Virus record (IMG/VR): IMGVR_UViG_3300037195_001174
Location: 1-36,867 of that record
From: a virus
Lineage: Duplodnaviria; Caudoviricetes
Length of the DNA stretch: 36,867 nucleotides
Direction: 5' to 3' (one strand)
Shown: positions 34,243 to 36,867 of the stretch, one piece after another
Layout of the letters: each line of letters opens with the position of its first letter
Position numbering within the stretch: position 1 is the first letter of the stretch
Notes under the pieces: generated by a model
The model's input: the letters and a program-made list of their open reading frames with translations, nothing else
Told to the model about the DNA's origin: nothing
Databases searched by the model: none
Translations under genes and position numbers: made by a program

Positions 34243-35010
34243 GTGCCACCGATTGCAGGCAGCCTAGCGGGTAGCCTCGCCGGTCGCGGGGGCGGGAGTC
34301 TTGCGGGTGGGGCGAACACCATCGCAGCGCTCGCAGGCGCATCGTTGCGGGCGCATTACCGCGGGGATGCATTCGAGGAGGGCGCGGGAGGTGCGCCGGA
34401 CGCGGAAACGGCGAACGATCTGCACAGCAGCGGACTATATGACGCAACGAACCTCACGCAGTCGCAGCAGCCACACAGCGGGGACGTGCTTGGCTTTCCG
34501 GCGCTTGAGTTTTCAAAAGCTGCCGCACGCGGGCTTACTGCATCGGGCGTAGCGATGAACGCCATCAACGATGACATGACCACGATGTGCGTGTTCAAGC
34601 GCAACTCGGCCATCGCCGGTACGGAGGTGGCTTTTCAAGCGGGCGTGTCCGGGTTCAACGACGGGATCAACATTTTTTTTGGGGTGTCCCAGGGTCTGCG
34701 GGTCCGATTCGGAACAGCTGCATCGCTTGAGACCATCGATACAGCATTTTCGGACACAGCCGCTTACCACGTCGTACGCGGCACCACCAATGCAGCGGGC
34801 GTTACATCGTCTCTCGACGGGGCGGCCACTCTGGACGCGGGCACGTTCAACGGCATCGCAGCGGCGTGCACGGACATCGATCTTGGTAGATCGGTTGCGG
34901 GGTCATCGCCCGGCGACGTCACGATCGCGGAGGCTGTTGTGATGGTCAATCCGACTGCCGCGCAGGTGTCCGGTGTAGAAGATTTTCTCATTGCGAAGTA
35001 CGGGGTATAA
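34243..35010 (+). CDS. LamG/ConA-like domain protein (tail/receptor-binding candidate)
   Basis: LRAHYRGD...DLHSSGLYDAT...QP...GFPALEF...GDVTIAEAVV...VEDFLIAKYGV architecture. Confidence 0.6.
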   Translation: MPPIAGSLAGSLAGRGGGSLAGGANTIAALAGASLRAHYRGDAFEEGAGGAPDAETANDLHSSGLYDATNLTQSQQPHSGDVLGFPALEFSKAAARGLTASGVAMNAINDDMTTMCVFKRNSAIAGTEVAFQAGVSGFNDGINIFFGVSQGLRVRFGTAASLETIDTAFSDTAAYHVVRGTTNAAGVTSSLDGAATLDAGTFNGIAAACTDIDLGRSVAGSSPGDVTIAEAVVMVNPTAAQVSGVEDFLIAKYGV

Positions 35011-35011
35011 A

Positions 35012-35695
35012 ATGGTCCGGGCGTGGTTAGTGTCGTTGATCCTGGCCGCCTGTCCGCAAGCGCAGGCGGAACCGTGCACACCACGGGATGTGCGTGTGAT
35101 GTTTCTCGGCGGCTCCATCACCGCGGGTTGCCACGATGGCGGCTCCGATAGCGCGTATCGATTGATGCTGCAGGAGACTATCCCGGAGTTCACGCCCGTA
35201 GGGTCGCTGACCACCAATTGCAGCGGGTCGTCCGCTGCGCACGAGGGTCACGGCGGGTGGACGATTGGACAAGTGGCCGATGTAGCAGCCGGGCTGATGG
35301 CAGATTACGAGCCCGATGTGGTGGTGTTGCTAATTGGGACCAACAACTACCGCGACGACGACGCCGACTTCCGCGCCGAGTATCAGGCGCTCGCGGACGC
35401 GCTCCAGGGCGACGTGTACGCGGTGACCCCGCCGCCCATCGGCTACGGCCGCACCCCAGAGACGAGCTACTGGACCGACGAGTGGGTGGACGGGCGTAAC
35501 GTGCTGCTGTCGTCGATGGGGGACGCGCTCCACGATGTGGTGGGTGTCTCGGTTGTGGACGTCCGCGGGCAGTTCGCTCGGGAGCACATGGTCCCGGATG
35601 CCGTCCACTTGAACGCCGCGGGGCATCGAATCATTGCGGATGCGCTGCTAGAACAGATCGACTTTTGTGAGGCCGACGATGACGACACCCCGTGA
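35012..35695 (+). CDS. SGNH/GDSL hydrolase with signal peptide
   Basis: FLGGSITAG, HEGHGGW, LLIGTNN, DAVHLNAAGH blocks. Confidence 0.9.
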   Translation: MVRAWLVSLILAACPQAQAEPCTPRDVRVMFLGGSITAGCHDGGSDSAYRLMLQETIPEFTPVGSLTTNCSGSSAAHEGHGGWTIGQVADVAAGLMADYEPDVVVLLIGTNNYRDDDADFRAEYQALADALQGDVYAVTPPPIGYGRTPETSYWTDEWVDGRNVLLSSMGDALHDVVGVSVVDVRGQFAREHMVPDAVHLNAAGHRIIADALLEQIDFCEADDDDTP

Positions 35696-35978
35696 AACCA
35701 GCACGCCCCCGGCGGCGAAAGAAATCACCGCGAAGGGCAACGCGATGGCAGTCGTCCTTGCGCAGCTCGCTGAGGCCATCGCCGCAGCCGGCGCGATATG
35801 GCTGCGAGCCCACGAGCACCTGAGCGAGCAGAATCTGATGATCGTGTTCGCCGCGGTCCTCGCGGGTCCTGCCATCAGCCATGTCCGCGGGAAGCAGAAG
35901 ATGCCCACGACCATCCTGATGGGCGGAGTGGGCGGCGCGATAGTCGCGGCTGCATCGAAGGCAAAAGCACTGCTGTAG
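35679..35978 (+). CDS. Membrane protein, holin candidate
   Basis: About 99 aa with 2-3 hydrophobic segments. Confidence 0.5.
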   Translation: MTTPRETSTPPAAKEITAKGNAMAVVLAQLAEAIAAAGAIWLRAHEHLSEQNLMIVFAAVLAGPAISHVRGKQKMPTTILMGGVGGAIVAAASKAKALL

Positions 35979-36037
35979 ACTCAACCCGCGGGCGGGAGTC
36001 GTGACCCCGTACGCCGTACGCTGATTGAAGGCTCACG

Positions 36038-36802
36038 ATGGCAATTTGGACAAGCAACGGGCGACTCACGCACCCCAATGGCAGCGACAACGGGCTTGCG
36101 ATGGTCGACAAGTTCGGGCGTAATGAGGACGTCGACTCAGCAGCGTCCGAGGACATATGGGACGCTGGTGGGACGTGGGTCGCGCCTACCGCGGCCCGGC
36201 TCCACGACATCGCGAGCACGGACGCAGCCGACACGTCTGCGGGCACCGGGATGCGCACGGTCACGATCGAGGGTCTGGACTCGTCGTGGGAGCCACAGTC
36301 CGAAACGATCACGCTCAACGGCACGAGCGACGTGAGCACAGTCAACACGTACGTGCGCATCTTCCGCATGTACGGGGCGACGTTTGGCAGCGGCGAGACA
36401 AACGCGGGCGACATCACAGCGACCGCGGACACGGACGCGACGGTCACGGCACAGATAACCGCCGAAGTCGGCCAGACGCTGATGGCCATCTACACAGTGC
36501 CCGCGGGAAAGACCGCGCATCTCACGCACGTTAACGGCGTGCTCAACAAGCCCAGCGGTGGGGCGAGCGCGAACATTGTCATCAGCCTGCACGCGCGGCG
36601 AGACGCGGACACGGCAACCGCTGGTTGGCGCATCCAATGGGTTGGCGGCGTGTCCGTGACCGGCTCAAGCTCAGTCCAGGAGCAACGCGAGCCCTACACG
36701 AGCTTCCCGGAGAAGACCGACCTCAAACTGCGCGCCGCGGATGGCACATCGAACAATTTGGACGTCTCCGGGCGTTTCGGGCTGCTGCTCGTCGACAACT
36801 GA
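36038..36802 (+). CDS. Conserved-looking phage structural protein (beta-rich)
   Basis: KFGRNEDVD...EDIWD...GTGMRTVTIEGLD...QTLMAIYTVPAGKTA...FPEKTDL; stop lies inside the terminal repeat. Confidence 0.7.
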   Translation: MAIWTSNGRLTHPNGSDNGLAMVDKFGRNEDVDSAASEDIWDAGGTWVAPTAARLHDIASTDAADTSAGTGMRTVTIEGLDSSWEPQSETITLNGTSDVSTVNTYVRIFRMYGATFGSGETNAGDITATADTDATVTAQITAEVGQTLMAIYTVPAGKTAHLTHVNGVLNKPSGGASANIVISLHARRDADTATAGWRIQWVGGVSVTGSSSVQEQREPYTSFPEKTDLKLRAADGTSNNLDVSGRFGLLLVDN

Positions 36803-36867
36803 CCCGCATAGGGGGTGCCACTTTTCACACCGCGTGGCCCTAGCAGGTCGCGTGCGCGGGTGGCACT
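36791..36867. repeat. Terminal direct repeat, copy 2 (77 bp)
   Basis: Identical to 3-79. Confidence 0.95.

Larger units (their letters stand above)
1..36867. mobile_element. Near-complete tailed phage genome with podovirus-like morphogenesis module
   Basis: Terminal repeat, replication, packaging, head, short-tail and ejection genes; no host housekeeping block. Confidence 0.93.

Overview
This window looks like an essentially complete, high-GC tailed phage genome of about 36.8 kb. A 77-bp direct repeat at 3-79 and 36791-36867 suggests a circularised assembly. A short leftward early block encodes an SSB-like protein, Gp157, a tandem Lar-like protein and a HEAT-like protein. It diverges from a long rightward block with Cro-like HTH genes, two DNA methyltransferase-like genes, an initiator carrying iterons, DnaB helicase, VRR-NUC, GroES and two dispersed cell-wall hydrolase candidates. 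The late region has a podovirus-type order: TerS, TerL, portal, scaffold, capsid, adaptor, nozzle, three ejection-type proteins and tail/receptor genes. I found no integrase, CI-like repressor or tape measure. Lipoprotein style hints at a Myxococcota-like host (inference). The most striking unexplained element is a ~103-nt intergenic tRNA-shaped five-way-junction RNA at 16931-17033. It has a T-loop, a D-like loop, GNRA and UNCG tetraloops and a 3' CCA, but no anticodon. It sits near a GNAT-like gene in a cassette between TerS and TerL. All family calls come from motif recognition by eye, not database searches.
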